DNA from: Fimbriosthenelais zetlandica
Taxonomy: Eukaryota
DNA: 64,000 nucleotides
Assembly (NCBI GenBank): GCA_977030845.1
Contig: OZ365112.1
Span: 13,020,001 to 13,084,000, forward strand
Direction of reading: 5' to 3'
The notes under the pieces were generated by a model that saw only the letters and a program-made list of their open reading frames with translations, made no database searches and was not told where the DNA came from. Positions 62,601-64,000 of this stretch are shown here, in pieces. The translations under genes and the position numbers were made by a program. Numbering within the stretch: position 1 is the first letter of the stretch; each line of letters begins with the position of its first letter.

Positions 62601-64000
62601 CTCCCCTTTCGGCGAGACCTTTCCAATCTCCATTTCAATTTCCCTTTTCCAATCTCTGACCTCAATCTCTCACCTTACCCTAAGAAGTCCTCCCAACTCC
62701 TCTGACACCATCAACACACCCCCATGGATAGAAAACAGAACCAAAGCACGTCCAGACAAATAAGAGCAGGCCCCTCCTTCTGCCCTTTTCCCCTGGCCAT
62801 GTTGTGTTGGGCATTTAGAGATAAACATCCAGTGTACATTCTCAACATACAGTCGTTTAGCAGAAAGCTGGATGGACATGTGAATTGGGGAAGTGAATGG
62901 ATTTCAATGTACTCATGTGTAGAATGTATACTCAACAGTGTCCATTATAGGTCTCTGACTAAATGCTTTAGGGGTAATCTGATACGCTGCACTGCTGCCC
63001 CAAGACCCAAGCTATGACCCTAGGTGGTATACAAAGGCTGAATCGAGGTGTGGGTTAGATAAAATATTAGTTGTCGGTATGTGGCTAGACATACATCCCT
63101 TTCAGCTGGCAAACTTATCAACATTTGGGGAATTCACACCAAGAAGAAAAATTTCAAAAATTCAAAGTCCAAATATAAGCAAATATTGGGCCCCAGATAA
63201 TAGACATTAATTAGATTGAAATCGACTTTAAATTGATTAAGTATAATGTAGATGATTGAAATAAAGGAAAGTGACTTACCTATGAACATAAGTGAGAGTG
63301 TGAGGTAACTCGAGCCGACAGTCATATGAAGAGCACCAAGTATAATCCCAGTAATAACACACATGACTCCGAGAAGTGCAAGAGAGACAAGCACCCAGCG
63401 GAAAGTAGTCAAAATGGTAAGACAGCTCAAACAGCTCTCATGAGTACAACATCCCTTCTCTTCGTCATCAATTTGGGTGACTCCAGGTTGACTTCGACTA
63501 TGTCGATGTGACCGGGTTTGAATGGAGCGACCGCGATGGTTATTTTGTCGCGGAGGGCGATGTTGGTTCTGTCTCACCGTATAAGGCGGTAAAACATGAG
63601 AATTGAGTATATCAGGTAGAGCTTCATTCACTTCAGGTCGCTCATGACGACTGGCATACACCCCCGCATTGAGATTACCAGAGAATATTTGGGGACTGTT
63701 TGCTTGATTATTAGCACCTTCATCTTGTGGTTCAATAAGGTTAACAATGTCTAGATGGAGGTTTGAGGGGTCTACTATAGATCTACTGTTCCGATCACTT
63801 CTGTTAGGGTTTGAGTTATTGGCACCACTCAAATGTTGACTTTCAGCGTGAGTTCTGTTTGACTGTGAAGTAGGGGGTACGGTAAGGTTCCTATTATTGG
63901 GTCGGAAGACAGGTGGGTGGGAGCGAGCCTGCTGGCCACCAGTATTAGTGGGATCTTGGTTGTTACTGTTAGCAGCTGCTCGGTTAATGATGCTGCGAGC
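43978..64000 (-). CDS. Two-pass transmembrane protein with a long Asn/Gln/Arg-rich N-terminus and a PPxY-rich C-terminus; 5' end lies outside the window
   Basis: Exons 64000+-63280, 56177-56016 and 44681-43978 join in phase 1-1 into ~528 aa: ...FRWVLVSLALLGVMCVITGIILGALHMTVGSSYLTLSLMFI|GLGVMLVIVVGVGWKC...NHWYG|GVSYPEFRYRRPPPSY... Additional small exons cannot be excluded. Confidence 0.85.
45906..46220. repeat. Left subterminal array: 24-bp quasi-palindromic units (GTGGGTGGCTTGGTCAAACCACCT) nested in a ~194-bp duplication
   Basis: Units at e.g. 46031, 46055, 46079; the longer block CCTGGAAGTGTGCCGC... recurs at 45906 and 46100. Confidence 0.9.
47775..48460 (-). pseudogene. Decayed intron-containing gene inside the TIR element
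   Basis: Exon-like blocks with AG/GT edges (~48371-48460, 48078-48161, <47973) give SLE*QGCFACHQHFIHWQQNHSTQLKQ|DAIRQCLESHP*IRDYYQTVKQGSIEMDLM..., with in-frame stops. Confidence 0.4.
49571..49613. promoter_or_regulatory. Promoter-like cluster: two CACGTGAC E-boxes, CCAAT box, ETS-like ACTTCCTG
   Basis: gccacgtgactaaaatcacgtgaccaatc...acttcctg seen directly; activity unknown. Confidence 0.45.
50150..50865. repeat. 62-bp tandem repeat, ~11 copies
   Basis: GCCTCCC-like anchor recurs every 62 bp from 50159 to 50841; edge units are diverged. Confidence 0.97.
56016..56177 (-). CDS. TM/PPxY gene middle exon (rest of TM2, Cys/His/Arg-rich juxtamembrane segment)
   Basis: gattgcag / gtgagt; 162 bp, phase 1-1; completes the hydrophobic helix split by the intron. 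Confidence 0.88.
63280..64000 (-). CDS. TM/PPxY gene, first visible exon (open to the window edge; TM1 and start of TM2)
   Basis: No stop in frame from 64000 to the G|gtaagt donor at 63279; extends ORF 63134-63832. Confidence 0.9.

Noticed and set aside
1-64000. tRNA, rRNA or other structured ncRNA genes
   Set aside because: No A/B-box cloverleaf or rRNA-like sequence was recognised by eye; tRNAscan-SE or Infernal would be needed to exclude them.

Overview
Eukaryotic, intron-rich, AT-rich animal genomic DNA; a marine invertebrate is a guess from composition only. Two spliced protein-coding genes lie on the minus strand. (1) An SDS22-like leucine-rich-repeat gene with 15 phase-compatible exons, from ATG 36042 to about 24236; its 3' end is unresolved. 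(2) A two-transmembrane protein gene with several PPxY motifs; three exons are visible (5'-truncated 64000-63280, 56177-56016, 44681-43978). Between the genes is a ~4.1 kb satellite organised as a 7-monomer, ~1.06 kb higher-order repeat (HOR). One intron of gene 2 holds a 5.5 kb DNA transposon with 14-bp TIRs, TA flanks, subterminal repeats, a 62-bp satellite and a decayed spliced gene. The first ~23 kb appears to be mostly decayed retroelements and unassigned decayed ORFs. The most unusual signal comes from comparing HOR copies: single TA sites have repeatedly become TAGGCCTA or TAACGTTA, and such motifs are stacked on both sides of the array, which resembles transposon excision footprints. 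No rRNA, tRNA or CRISPR array was seen. All calls were made by eye, with no database search.
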